A stretch of DNA of 64,000 nt from an uncultured Planctomycetota bacterium (GTDB taxonomy: Bacteria; Planctomycetota; Planctomycetia; Pirellulales; Lacipirellulaceae): NCBI GenBank assembly GCA_963719315.1, contig CAVRBU010000001.1, positions 627,558 to 691,557 of the forward strand, read 5' to 3'. Made by a program: the position numbers and the translations under genes. The notes beneath the pieces were generated by a model. That model did not search any database, had not been told where the DNA came from, and saw only the letters and a list, made by a program, of their open reading frames with translations. This document shows positions 43,194-54,066 of the stretch, in pieces (within the stretch, counting starts at the first letter, position 1; every line of letters begins with the position of its first letter).

Positions 43194-43357
43194 CCCCAAC
43201 TAACCAGGTGGGCCCAGATTCAACGCCCAGGTGGGTCCCATTTCAATGCCGATCTCCAGGCTGCCTAAAATCACCAAATACCAACTTCTTCAACAGGCTG
43301 CTATGCTGTGTCAGAAAAGGGGTGGTTTATTGGTGGGACTCACTGCCTGATGAGTTT

Positions 43358-46300
43358 TCAGACAAGCGATCGTCGACCAACAAGCATAGTTGCCAGCCCG
43401 ATGAGCAGTATGAGCGCTGCCGCCGGTTCGGGCACGTTGACAGCTCCGACGCCGTTGGTGCTACTAGATGATTCGCCGTAATACGACCTCCAGATTTCAT
43501 AGTCTTCTTGAGTTACTAGGCCAGGAGTTGTATTGGGGTCTTCATTGGGCAGCGTGATCGCTTCGCCCAAATGGTTTCGCCACACGGTGTAATCCGCAGC
43601 GTCCACGACGTGGTCGCCGTTGTAATCGCCAGGCAGAATGAAGCTCCCGCCCAAATACTCGATCTGAACAAATCCGTCGATGCCCGGATGGATGGTGATG
43701 GCAAAATGGCTTGACCCGGAACCGGTGAGCGCAAGCCCATTGTTGACCAGTTCACCGGCCGACACGATGGTGAATTGCTGTCCGGCTTCCAGCCCGTAGC
43801 CGTCGACGATCGACAGATCCAGCACTCCGTCTAGCATTGCCTCGCCGCTAACCAAGAGTTGGTCCGCGCTGGTGTCGCCGAACCCGCTCACTTCGAAGAG
43901 CATGTCCGCGTTCGCCGTTTGCGAATAGTCGCCCTGAATCTCCAGCGATCCGGTGGAACTGCCCGGGCTGAGCGTGCCATCGACCATGACCATCGTGTCT
44001 GCGCCCGATAGGCCCCGAATAATGCCGTCGCCGCTGAGCGTGATGTGCGGGGCAATGTTCACCAGGTCGGTCGCCGCCTCCCCATCGACGTGAAAGCTGC
44101 CTGGGAAGGGAAGTGGTTGGCCGTTAAGTTCGGCCAGGAAATTGACCTTGGGAGCGAACAGATAGCTGCCGCCGCCAACGATGACATCCCCGGCCCAACT
44201 CTCAATTCCGTCGACGGCGTCGACGGTGAGCGACCCGCCGGTCGCCACTTCAAGTCGGCCATAGAAGCCGGATCCAATGCCATCGTTTATTAGAACGGGC
44301 TGCAGCACTCCATCTTCATTTTCGGGCGTGATCGTCAAATGATTGCCGGCGCTCACCAGGAGCGGTCCTGCGTTAATCTCAAGCGACTGCACCGCCTCGA
44401 AGGAGGCCTGTTCCCCTTCGAGAGCCACGTTACCGAAGTTAAGGAGAACCCGCCGGCCGGCAATTTCCAGTGCGGCGGGTTGCACCGTGGCGGGAATGCC
44501 GTTATCAGGGTCGCCAGGATCGAACACGTCGCGGACCACCCAGGTCGTATCCGCGGGCAATAAGGCGCCGCTCTCTCCCTCAAATGTAACGCCATTCACC
44601 AGCGAGTCGGCCTCGATCCGCACGAGGCCGCCCTCGACCACCACGCCGCCGGTCGCACCTAGGGTCGACGCACCGGAGAAGACCGCCGTGCCGCCGTGGT
44701 TGGTGAACGTGCCGTTGTTGTCAAGTTCGGAATCGTTATCGACGGTCAGCTCGCCACTGTTGGCGAAGTCGCCAACCGTGTGGAAGTGATGGTGGTCGCG
44801 GAACTCCAACACGTTGCGGTTTTCGCGGAGGGTATCGAAGTAGTCCCACCGCGCGGCCCCGCTGAACACGACTTCCGCGTCGTTGTACCACAGCTCGGTG
44901 TTCGGAGCCGTATAGTCGAGGCCAACGTCGTTTACGATCCGATCGCTCCACATCACGTCGGTGACATTCGTATTGATGATGGCGATGCCCGTGTTTTCCA
45001 GAAATTCGGCGATGTCGGGCGTGTTGTGGTATTCAATCGGGGCACCCAATAGTTCCCAGCGACCTTGAGCAAGCGCCACTCCGCCGCCGACGTAATTCGT
45101 GATCGTGGCGTTGAACTGTAGTTTCGTGACCGTGTCGGGTGTTTGGTCGCCGATGACGCGAATCGTTCCATCGTTGATCAGGTCAGTCGGCGTAAACTGA
45201 TTCTCGTCCGTGCTGAGAAAGCCGGGCGGCTGTGGCCGCACCGAGGTAGTGGACTTCGTAAGTTCGAGCAATCCGTGGTTGATGATCGAAACGAAGCCCT
45301 CGGTTTCATTGTAGTTCCGTACACCGCGGAGTTCGGCGTATCCGCCGTCATCGATCTCAACGTCGAATCGCGTCCCGTTGTCGACGCCCACTCGGTCGAT
45401 AAACCGTAGTATGCCGCCATATTCGACGTGGAAACGAGTGTTGCGGGCCGCGATCTCAAACGACTGGGTGGCATCGACGGTCATCGTGCCCGCGCCACTT
45501 GAAAACTGCTCCCCTCCGCCCCTTCAATTGTCGGCGAATTGCCCGTCAGATGAAAGACGACCCCCGAGTTGTCCTCGGACTCGACCAAGCCCTCATTCAC
45601 GAGCAATGGAGTATCCACGTAGATGATTGAGTTGCCGCTTGCTCGCATGATTCCGCCGGGGCCGACGTTCATTCGCTGACCGGCCGTCACGGGCAATATC
45701 GTGTGATTGTCTACCAACAGTTCCCCTCCCATATCGAACGTATTCGCAACGTCGACGCTGAAGCCCTCGCGCTCGAAACTGTCAAGTTGGCGTAGCGATC
45801 CCGCGACGACTGCCTGGACGTCGATGTGAAACGTCCCGGCGTTGGAAAAGTGCATTGTTTGTCCGGCGTCGACCAAGAGCGAATCGACATCAATCGTTGC
45901 CGCCCGCTCAAGATCGATGGTGCCTTGACCTGAAATCGTCGTAAACACCCCCGGCAACGTCAGCTCGAAGAAGCCGCTATTCTGGACCACACCGTCATTT
46001 TGCAGGTTGACCAAGTTCAACCGTCGTACTGTGTTGATAGGAATCGTATAGGACGCGCCCTGGGGGACACGCAAACCCTGCAGCTGGACAATGCGGTCGA
46101 AGTCCTGGTGGGTCACCGGAACTTGGAAGGGAAACCCGCCTACACTAACCACGTACGTCTCCGTAATCATGCTGGGCGCATCGGTGTAGTCGATCGCTTG
46201 TAAATCGCCTAGGTCGTCGGAATTTGCGTCGCCGCTGGCCAGGACCAGCGTCGCACCACCAAGTTCGGGGTCGCTTAGCGACGTGTGGTCCGCCAGTTTC

Positions 46301-47811
46301 AACCAATCGGCCGCGGCGTCCAGCGGGCCCGTGGTATCGGCACCGTAGGCAAAAACAACCGGCGCAGCGTTGAGCGTGAACGAGTAATTCTGCCAGGCCG
46401 AGGGCACCGGCACCGTGCCCAGCAATTCCGTGCTGTCGAATACCGGGAATTCGCGTTCGCCAAACAAGTCGCCCAACGGGCTGTAGCGTTGGTCAATGAC
46501 CGGCCCCAGAGTGCCCAAGGGGATATTGACAAACTTCCCTTTGAGTTTGGCAGACAGCCTCAGGGCGCGGATTTCCAGATAATCTTCCAGCGTGAACGAA
46601 CCCTTGTGATCGAGCAGGATATTTACACCGTCGAAATTGACGTCGACGTTCACATCCTCGTCGCCGATCAGCACGATTTCGGGAAATTCGTCACCCCACG
46701 TGACGTGCAGCTCGTTGGTCCGTTCGAAACCTTGCCCCGTGTCCGCGAGAATATCGTGATCGAAGTGGAGCGTGGCCAGCAGTTCGGGCGTGATGTCCGC
46801 GTCGTACTTGAAGCCCAGCTCCGGGCCGTACTTAAAATCGACCAGGTCGTAAGAGATTTTGGCCACCTTGCCCACATCGACGCTCGTGCCGAGGATCGCG
46901 GTGCCGGTGGTTGCGGCCGTGACGATGCCGTCCAGGTCGGCCCCGATCCGCAACAGGTCGCCTTCCACGCTGAATCGCGCCGTGTCGCCGTCGAACGACG
47001 CCTCGGGCATGTCGAAGCTTTTCGCTGGATTGACAACCTGCACCTCACCCAAACTGAGCAAAGGATTACTGGGCGGCAACTTCAGCCGGATCAGCGCGTC
47101 ACCAGGTTCGCCAACGGGAAAGTCGGGAAAGTCGGGCAGGTTAACCCCGAGGAAACTGAAGTCGGGCAGATCGGGAAGATTCAGATCGAAATTAAAGTCG
47201 AACAGGTCCAGGTCAAAATCCCAATTGAAATTGAAGAGGTCGAAGTCATACGGGACAAAGGGAAATAGTCCGTAGTCGACGCGGCCATCAACGTCCAGCT
47301 GCAGAATCGCGTCGGCGGAAGCACTGACGGTCGGCAGACTAATGCTAAGATTGGAGCTGCTGTCAATCGTACCGCCAGTCTCGAGGCGGTACGCCCGGCC
47401 CACCTGCAGCTCGCTCGGCTTGGTCAGCGTGGGACCAAACAACATTTGCGCATTGGAATTGAATCCGCCCAGATCGATGCCGGCTTTCAAATCCAAGCCG
47501 GCGCGGCCGGACACGTCCGCGCTAATTTTGAGACCGCTGCGGGTATCGGCGGTCACGCCGGGAAAGATCACGGTATCGGGCGCGCCGCTGATGCCGCCGA
47601 TTGAACCGGAAGCACCGAAATTGGCCCCCAAAAAGTAGTTCCAATTGTACTTGGGCAGCGAAAGATTGCTGCTCCCCAGATCTAGGTCGGCGAACGGAAA
47701 TACTACTTCTTCGACCTGGGCCAAGCCAACAGAAGGAGTGCCGACAATCGCTGCTAAGATCGCTATGACACCCAGTAAAGCGCGTCGCCCGTTGGTGCGG
47801 ATAAAGCTCAT
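43358..47811 (-). CDS. Giant (~1480 aa) secreted PEP-CTERM protein with beta-helix region and dockerin-like tail, frameshift at ~45520
   Basis: Signal peptide; GTLSPG.S.G.L.I.GDY.Q; GDYNGDHVVDAADYTVWR; VPEP+TM+RR; the two ORFs join across a G-run. Confidence 0.82.
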
Positions 47812-49246
47812 GGCCGTTCTCCGAAGAGAAAACTCTTAGGCGCCACAAGCAGACCGCGCCCACCGCTCTGCGGGCGGCCGATATTAACCATCAGAGCCCG
47901 CAGCACAAGCGACAGTCAGTCAATAATACACGTCGGTCCCGTAACAGTGGGTTCAGAGTCTGCAAATTAAGCGACTCGACCGACGAACGACGCCGCCAGC
48001 ACGTTGCGGCAGCGCATTGCGTGGCACCTGCGCTTTCGATGTTATGGTTGGGCGCACACGCCACAACTACGCATCGACCGTTGCCAACCTGCGTCAGCGA
48101 TAGCAGACGATTCGCAGTCGTCGTGCAACATGCGCCACATTAGGTTCGCCAGCTCCAAGATCAGTGTCATCGGCACCGCTGGCTGGCCGCATGCTACGAC
48201 TGCGCCGATCTGATGTCAACCATTAAACCGAGAATTAACACAGGTATCCGAGGCTACGTCGATGGCCGGATACTAGCGTCCTGTGTAGCGGCCAGTATAA
48301 CATTAACTCGTGGCGTAATAATGAGTTGCTGCCAGATCTCTATCTCACAATCGAGATCAATGAAAGGGCTCGGTCAGCGAATCACATTTGGCAAGGAATA
48401 CGACAATGAAGGCTGCGGGCCAGGCGACTCGAGCAACTTCGGCCCGTTGACGCTCGGGCTCGCGCTTACGGACGGAATGTCTGGTATTTGGTTTCTAGTG
48501 CCGCGCCAGATCCGACGTGTACGGAGCTACTGGTGATCGGGAATGAGCTATTGCGTCTACACCGTGGCCGCTAGTGAGACGCTGAATTTAGGTCCTGCTC
48601 AGGGTGTGTCAAATGTATCGCTTCGCCCGAATTAACAAATGCGCCCGACAGAAGACCAAGAAAGGTTCGAAATCCGACACACTTGCCCCAGCCGCCAGCC
48701 TCAGCGACGATTCCCGCCCGGTGGGTCTAACTTCGCATCCGCGAATTCAAAATGCCTCGTTGCCGTAGGAGCGGCGGTAGTTGGGAAGCGGCATCCAACA
48801 GTCATGCCAGTTGCGACCGATTGAGCGCTCGCAACAGGCTATAACCCAGGCCGCGCGAGACAGAGAGACAGCCGAGACTCCGGGGCCAAATCAACTTTGC
48901 AGGTCGGGAATCTGAGCGACACGAAAGTCGCGCGCGACGAGGAGGGAGAGACAACGAGTCCATTCGCCGTGTCGCAAGATGTTACGAGACTTGGCGTAAG
49001 AACGAAAAAAGCCACCGCCCGAAGGCGATGGCTTTTCGTATAACCCAACGGTAGGTTAGTTTCGCTACCGTCAAAACAAGTGGTGTGCTTTGGAACCGCC
49101 TCCAACACAATTCTGCGATCGGTCTATCCGACCGCCCAGGGTTCAATTGTACGGCCCGACTTTGCCACTTGCGAGAACGTCTCTAAACGTCCCTCTTCGC
49201 CGGCGTAGGCATCACAGTCCGGACATTGGCCAAGCTGCAAAGCGGT

Positions 49247-49315
49247 TTGACTGGCAGAATTCCGTGTTGTATACTTGTTTGCACCAGGGGACACTTTCTA
49301 TCCCTTTACGCAAAC
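49247..49315 (+). promoter_or_regulatory. Sigma-70 promoter and candidate operator of abiE
   Basis: TTGACT(49247)-N17-TATACT(49270), followed by an imperfect inverted repeat GTTTGC..AGGGGA/TCCCT..GCAAAC. Confidence 0.65.
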
Positions 49316-49332
49316 CAATTTCTGCTGCTTAA

Positions 49333-50126
49333 ATGGCCGCCCTATCGCTCGAAAAATGGATCGACGATCTTCAGGCCCACGGGAAATACTCATTCCTGCG
49401 ACGCGAGGCGCTGTCGGGGAGCGGTCTATCGAGTGAGGCCGTCAAGAAGGCGCTGCAAAGAATTGCTGCCCGCGGGCGCGTGGCCAAAGCCAAAGACTAC
49501 TTCTTTGTTATCGTACCCCTCGAATACTCGAATTCAGGCGCTCCCCCGGCATCGTGGTTTATTCACGACCTGATGGCGGCAATGGAGCGAGCATATTACG
49601 TGGGATTGCTGTCGGCAGCCGGACTCCACGGTGCATCTCATCAACAGCCACAGGAGTTTCAGGTGATAACGGATCGGCCGATCCGACCGATCACGATAGG
49701 ACGAACGAAGATCCGCTTCTTCGTCAGTAAGTTCGTCGACAACGCCGCTACGATGAATGTCAAAACGCCGACGGGAGCCATGCGGGTGTCGACGCCGGAA
49801 ACGACGGTTGTCGATCTAGTGCGGTTTTCCAAAGTGGCCGGGCAACTCGACAATGTAGCCACGGTGATCTCTGAAATGGCGCCGACGCTTGACTCGAAGA
49901 AGCTCATCGCCGCTGTGCGTGCCATCCACGACGTGCCGAATGCGCAGCGACTCGGCTATATTCTCGACATGGTCCATGCCCGCAGCCTGGCGAAATCGCT
50001 CAACGGCTGGGTCGAACGCCAATCGGCAGGCCCAGTGCCGCTGCGCCGAGCCGCTCCCGGCGAGCCGGCAAGGAAGATCGCCGGTGGCACGTGCTCGTTG
50101 ATGAGCCGTTGGAGATCGAGTCGTGA
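49333..50126 (+). CDS. abiEi: Type IV TA antitoxin AbiEi, frameshift at ~50070
   Basis: YYVGLLSAA.LHGA.HQ.PQ, STPETT..DL and QRLGY.L motifs; the shifted frame ends RWHVLVDEPLEIES* with a GTGA overlap. Confidence 0.88.
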
Positions 50127-50944
50127 TTCCACAGGCCAACATCACCGCATGGCGGAGTGTAGTTCCGTGGCCCGATGATGCACAGGTCGAACAAGACTTG
50201 GTGCTGTCGCGTGCTGTCGTCGAGTTGTTTGCCGATTCGGCAATCGCGAGCCAGATCGCCATGCGCGGTGGAACCGCGCTGCAGAAGATTGTTTTACCAT
50301 CCGCGTACCGATACTCCGAAGACATAGATTTGGTGCAGACTACCGCCGGCGCCGCCGGTCCCTTGTTGGATCAGATTCGTAAGAAACTCGATCCGTGGCT
50401 GGGAAAGCCCAACCGCGATAGAGGTCCAGGCAATGTCACGTTGACCTATCGCTTTGAATCAGAAATTCCGCCCATCCGCCCGTTGCGACTCAAGATTGAA
50501 ATCAACACGCGGGAGCACTTTGCGCTGAACGGATTGCAGCGACATCACTTCGCCGTCAGCAATCTATGGTTTACGGGTGATTGCGATCTCGTGACGTTTG
50601 ACGCCAACGAACTGATGGCGACCAAATTGCGGGCGCTCTATCAGCGTCGCAAAGGACGAGACCTATTTGATTTGTGGCTTTGCCTCGACGAGGGCCTGAT
50701 TGATCCCGCATCGGTGATCGAGTGTTTCCTCGAATACATGCGGCGGGAAGGACACACGGTCAGCCGTGCTCAGTTCGTGCAGAATCTGCACGACAAGCAG
50801 CAGGACCGAGCCTTCATGGGAGATATTCGCCCGTTACTTCGATCAAGCGTGGCCTACGACTCGGCAGCCGCGATGAAACTCGTTCAATCAGATCTGATCG
50901 AGCTTCTTCCCGAAGACCCTCGACACGGCCATTCCGGACGCTAG
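50123..50944 (+). CDS. abiEii: AbiEii/AbiGii nucleotidyltransferase toxin
   Basis: QVEQDL, RGGTAL.K, RYSEDIDL and KLRALYQRRKGRDLFDL motifs. Confidence 0.92.
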   Translation: MIPQANITAWRSVVPWPDDAQVEQDLVLSRAVVELFADSAIASQIAMRGGTALQKIVLPSAYRYSEDIDLVQTTAGAAGPLLDQIRKKLDPWLGKPNRDRGPGNVTLTYRFESEIPPIRPLRLKIEINTREHFALNGLQRHHFAVSNLWFTGDCDLVTFDANELMATKLRALYQRRKGRDLFDLWLCLDEGLIDPASVIECFLEYMRREGHTVSRAQFVQNLHDKQQDRAFMGDIRPLLRSSVAYDSAAAMKLVQSDLIELLPEDPRHGHSGR

Positions 50945-51069
50945 TCGAACTCTACTTGATCATCGACTACGGGAGTCGTGCCACCTCGTTACTAACGCAC
51001 GGCATCCTAGGTTGACGGCATACATAACCCTGGGAGGGCGCAGTGGCGTCCGCATCGTCATCCAGGGAC

Positions 51070-51300
51070 ATGTTTATGCCGGCCATATCTTCTGAGTTGC
51101 CTTCGCACGAACGTCGACGCCAAGCCGCCGCAATTCTTGCTCGCGGCGTCATTCGTTATCGTGACCGCCTACATTTGGCACCCGGTGAGAACTTGTCTCT
51201 TTCTGGTCAATCGGGCCTTGAGTTCTGCGCGGAGACAAGGCTCTCTGTGTCTGTGGGTACTGATTTTGAATCCGAAACCCCGGACTATGGTGAATCATGA
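51070..51300 (+). CDS. Small hypothetical protein of the serine-recombinase module
   Basis: ERRRQAAAILARGVIRYRDRL; ATGA overlap with the next ORF. Confidence 0.55.
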   Translation: MFMPAISSELPSHERRRQAAAILARGVIRYRDRLHLAPGENLSLSGQSGLEFCAETRLSVSVGTDFESETPDYGES

Positions 51301-51488
51301 ACGAAACGCGCGAATGCGGCGTTGCCGCCATTCTCGCTCGCGGTCTCATTCGTTTCCGACAGCGCTTGCCGCGAGCAAGACAAGCCATATTGGCGACGGA
51401 AGCACGCCCGACTCAAGAAAACTCAACCACCGACGCTGAAAACGTCACGTCGAAGGCGGCGCCGTTAGCACAAGGAGGAGACACATGA
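51297..51488 (+). CDS. Small hypothetical protein, paralog of the preceding ORF
   Basis: VAAILARGLIRFRQRL; ATGA overlaps on both sides. Confidence 0.55.
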   Translation: MNETRECGVAAILARGLIRFRQRLPRARQAILATEARPTQENSTTDAENVTSKAAPLAQGGDT

Positions 51489-51973
51489 ATCCGCACGTTG
51501 CCGCTGAGATCGCGGCGCTGCCTGACAAGACCGTCAGCCAGTTGGTGAAACGCTACGAGGAACTCACCGGGGATGAGTGCCGGAGCCGTCACAAGGGGTA
51601 TCTCGCTCGTCGCATTGCGTGGCGACTGCAGGCTGATGCTGAAGGGGGCCTCAGCGAACGCGCCGTAAAGCGGGCTGAGGAATTGGCAGTAGGTGCCGAG
51701 TTTCGCGTTACCAAACCGCGCGAAGACATCGTCGCCGAATACAAGATGGTGGCGGCCGAACCCAATGGCTTTGTCGACTGGGACCCACGCCTGCCGCCGC
51801 CGGGAAGTTGGATCGAACGCAAGTACAAGGGGCAAATGCTCCGCGTACTGGTTCTCAATGAGGGATTTGAATACGAGGGACGACGCTATCGGACGTTGAC
51901 CGCCATCGCCAAGGAAGTCTCGGGGCAGCATGTCGGCGGCTTTCGATTCTTCCAATTGGGGTTCCAGAAATGA
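51485..51973 (+). CDS. DUF2924 domain protein
   Basis: RRIAWRLQA..EGGLS, PPPGS.I.R.YKG and Y.TLTAIAKE..G....G..FF motifs. Confidence 0.85.
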   Translation: MNPHVAAEIAALPDKTVSQLVKRYEELTGDECRSRHKGYLARRIAWRLQADAEGGLSERAVKRAEELAVGAEFRVTKPREDIVAEYKMVAAEPNGFVDWDPRLPPPGSWIERKYKGQMLRVLVLNEGFEYEGRRYRTLTAIAKEVSGQHVGGFRFFQLGFQK

Positions 51974-53534
51974 AGAAACCCAAAAAGGCCACCAACCCCA
52001 CAATCCGTTGTGCCATCTACACCCGCAAGTCGTACCGAAGAGGGCCTCGAACACGAGTTCAATTCGCTCGATGCCCAACGCGAATCGGCCGAGGCGTACA
52101 TCGCCAGCCAGCAACATGAAGGCTGGGTCTGTTTGCCGGACCGCTACGACGATGGCGGATACTCCGGCGGCGACATGGAACGTCCGGCACTCAAGCAGTT
52201 GATGCTCGACATCCAGTCTGGCAAGGTCGATTGCGTGGTCGTCTACAAGGTCGACCGATTGAGCCGGTCGCTGATGGATTTCGCCCGCATGATGGAGACG
52301 TTCGATAAGCACGGCCTTTCGTTCGTCTCGGTCACGCAGCAGTTCAATACGACCCACTCGATGGGACGACTCACGCTCAATATCCTCCTCTCATTCGCCC
52401 AGTTTGAACGGGAGATTATCGGCGAGCGGATCAGCGACAAGATCTGCCGCTCAACGCCGTAAGGGGAAATGGGCCGGCGGCGTCCCCATTTTGGGCTACG
52501 ACGTCGATCGATCGGGCCCCAGCCCCAAACTTGTCATCAACGCCGAGGAGGCAGCCCAAGTCCGGCGCATCTTCACCCTCTACCTCGAACTGGGTTCGCT
52601 GCTCCCAGTAGTCGAAGAGCTCCAACAACGCGACTGGAAAGGCAAGACGTGGCGGACCAAAGCCGGACTCGTGCGGGGCGGTCGGCAGTTCGACAAGAAC
52701 ACGCTCCACTATCTACTCACTAACCCAATGTACCTCGGCAAGATCAAACACAAGACCGAGGTGTTTGACGGCGAACACGAGCCGATTGTTGATGCTGGCG
52801 TGTTCGAGCAAGTTCAAACCACGCTCCGCGAGCATGGCCGCGCAGGCGGCAGCCACCTTGTGAACAAATACGGCGCCACGCTCAAGGGACTGGTCTACTG
52901 CAAGAATTGCGGGCGCGTGATGGTTCACACCTATGCCAGCCGCGGTCCCAAGCGTTGGCGATACTACACTTGCTCCAAGGCAATCAAAGAGGGGTGGGCA
53001 AAGTGCCCTCTCAAGTCGCTTCCTGCGGCCGAAGTCGAAAACCTGGTCCTCGAGGAAATTCGCCGGATCGCCCACGACGGCGAGTTCCGCGAAGAGGTGC
53101 TCCGGCAAGCGTGCGTGTCCGCCGACGCCGAACTGGCCGAACTGGGCATTCAGCGTCAGCAACTCGAACGCCAGTTGGCCCGCGACCACGCCGAGATCCG
53201 CCGGCTTGTCGAGGTTCCTGACCCCAACAGCGTAACGTCTGCCCGGATGGCCGACATTCACGAGCGGATCACCCGCGATGAACGTCAACTCGTCCAGAAC
53301 CGCAGCCGCGTGGCCGAGATCGAACACGGGCGGATCACCCCGGCCGACGTAGCGGCGGCGTTTGCCGACTTCGACAACGTCTGGAACGAACTTACGACCC
53401 GCGAACGGGCGCACGTCATGCGACTGCTCGTGGCACGCGTTGAGTTCGATCCGTCCGACAGCACGATTGCTATTTCGTTTCACCCGTCGGCCATCAAGTC
53501 CTTGGCCAACGCTCATACTGAGGAAGCCGCATGA
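51970..53534 (+). CDS. Large serine recombinase (resolvase + recombinase + Zn ribbon), frameshifts at ~52033 and ~52445
   Basis: RCAIYTRKS.EEGL, YDDGGYSG, VYKVDRLSRS, FAQFERE, CKNCG and YYTC motifs; each break is one extra T. Confidence 0.9.
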
Positions 53535-53962
53535 TCATAGTCAAACGCAAGATCGAGATCGGCCGCGATGCGCGTCAGAAGCGGCTTTCGATTGCCAAGG
53601 CGAACGTCGTACCCATCGGGCCCGGCAAGGTGCCCCGCGTCTCCCGGCTCATGGCCCTGGCGATTCGCGCCGAACAAATGCTCGAATCCGGCGAGATCGG
53701 CGACATCACGGAACTTGCGCGCCTTGGTCACATCAGCCAGCCCCGGGCGTCGCAGATCCTGGGAATGACAATGCTCGCGCCCGACATCCAGGAAGTGTTG
53801 CTATTCCTGCCCCGCACGACCAGGGGCCGATGCCCTGTGCATGAGAAAATGCTGCGGGCGATTTCGCACGAGCGGGACTGGGCGAAGCAGCGGGAGATGT
53901 GGCGAACAGTGGTCCCTGTCGCCGGATTAGGGACCGACGAACCGAACCCGGGGGCGACATAG
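53531..53962 (+). CDS. HTH-like hypothetical protein coupled to the recombinase
   Basis: VPRVSRLMALAI...ELARLGHISQPRASQI...LAPDIQE; ATGA overlap. Confidence 0.7.
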   Translation: MIIVKRKIEIGRDARQKRLSIAKANVVPIGPGKVPRVSRLMALAIRAEQMLESGEIGDITELARLGHISQPRASQILGMTMLAPDIQEVLLFLPRTTRGRCPVHEKMLRAISHERDWAKQREMWRTVVPVAGLGTDEPNPGAT

Positions 53963-54066
53963 TTTTCCCATATTCACAGCAAAAATCCCGGCACTTGTGC
54001 AATCATTGACCCGGAGGTTATGATCTTGGCGTCAACTGTTCTCTAAACAGTCTAGAGCGCTGGATC

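Larger units (their letters stand above)
40655..43258 (+). mobile_element. IS21-family insertion sequence, complete
   Basis: Terminal IRs TGGAGATCGGCATTGAAA(C/T)GGGACCCACCTGGG (32/33 match), internal end repeats, and a 6-bp target duplication GGCTGC at 40649-40654 and 43259-43264. Confidence 0.95.

Noticed and set aside
48004..49108. Short ORFs in the 47.8-49.3 kb gap
   Set aside because: No motifs, RBS support or coding-like composition.
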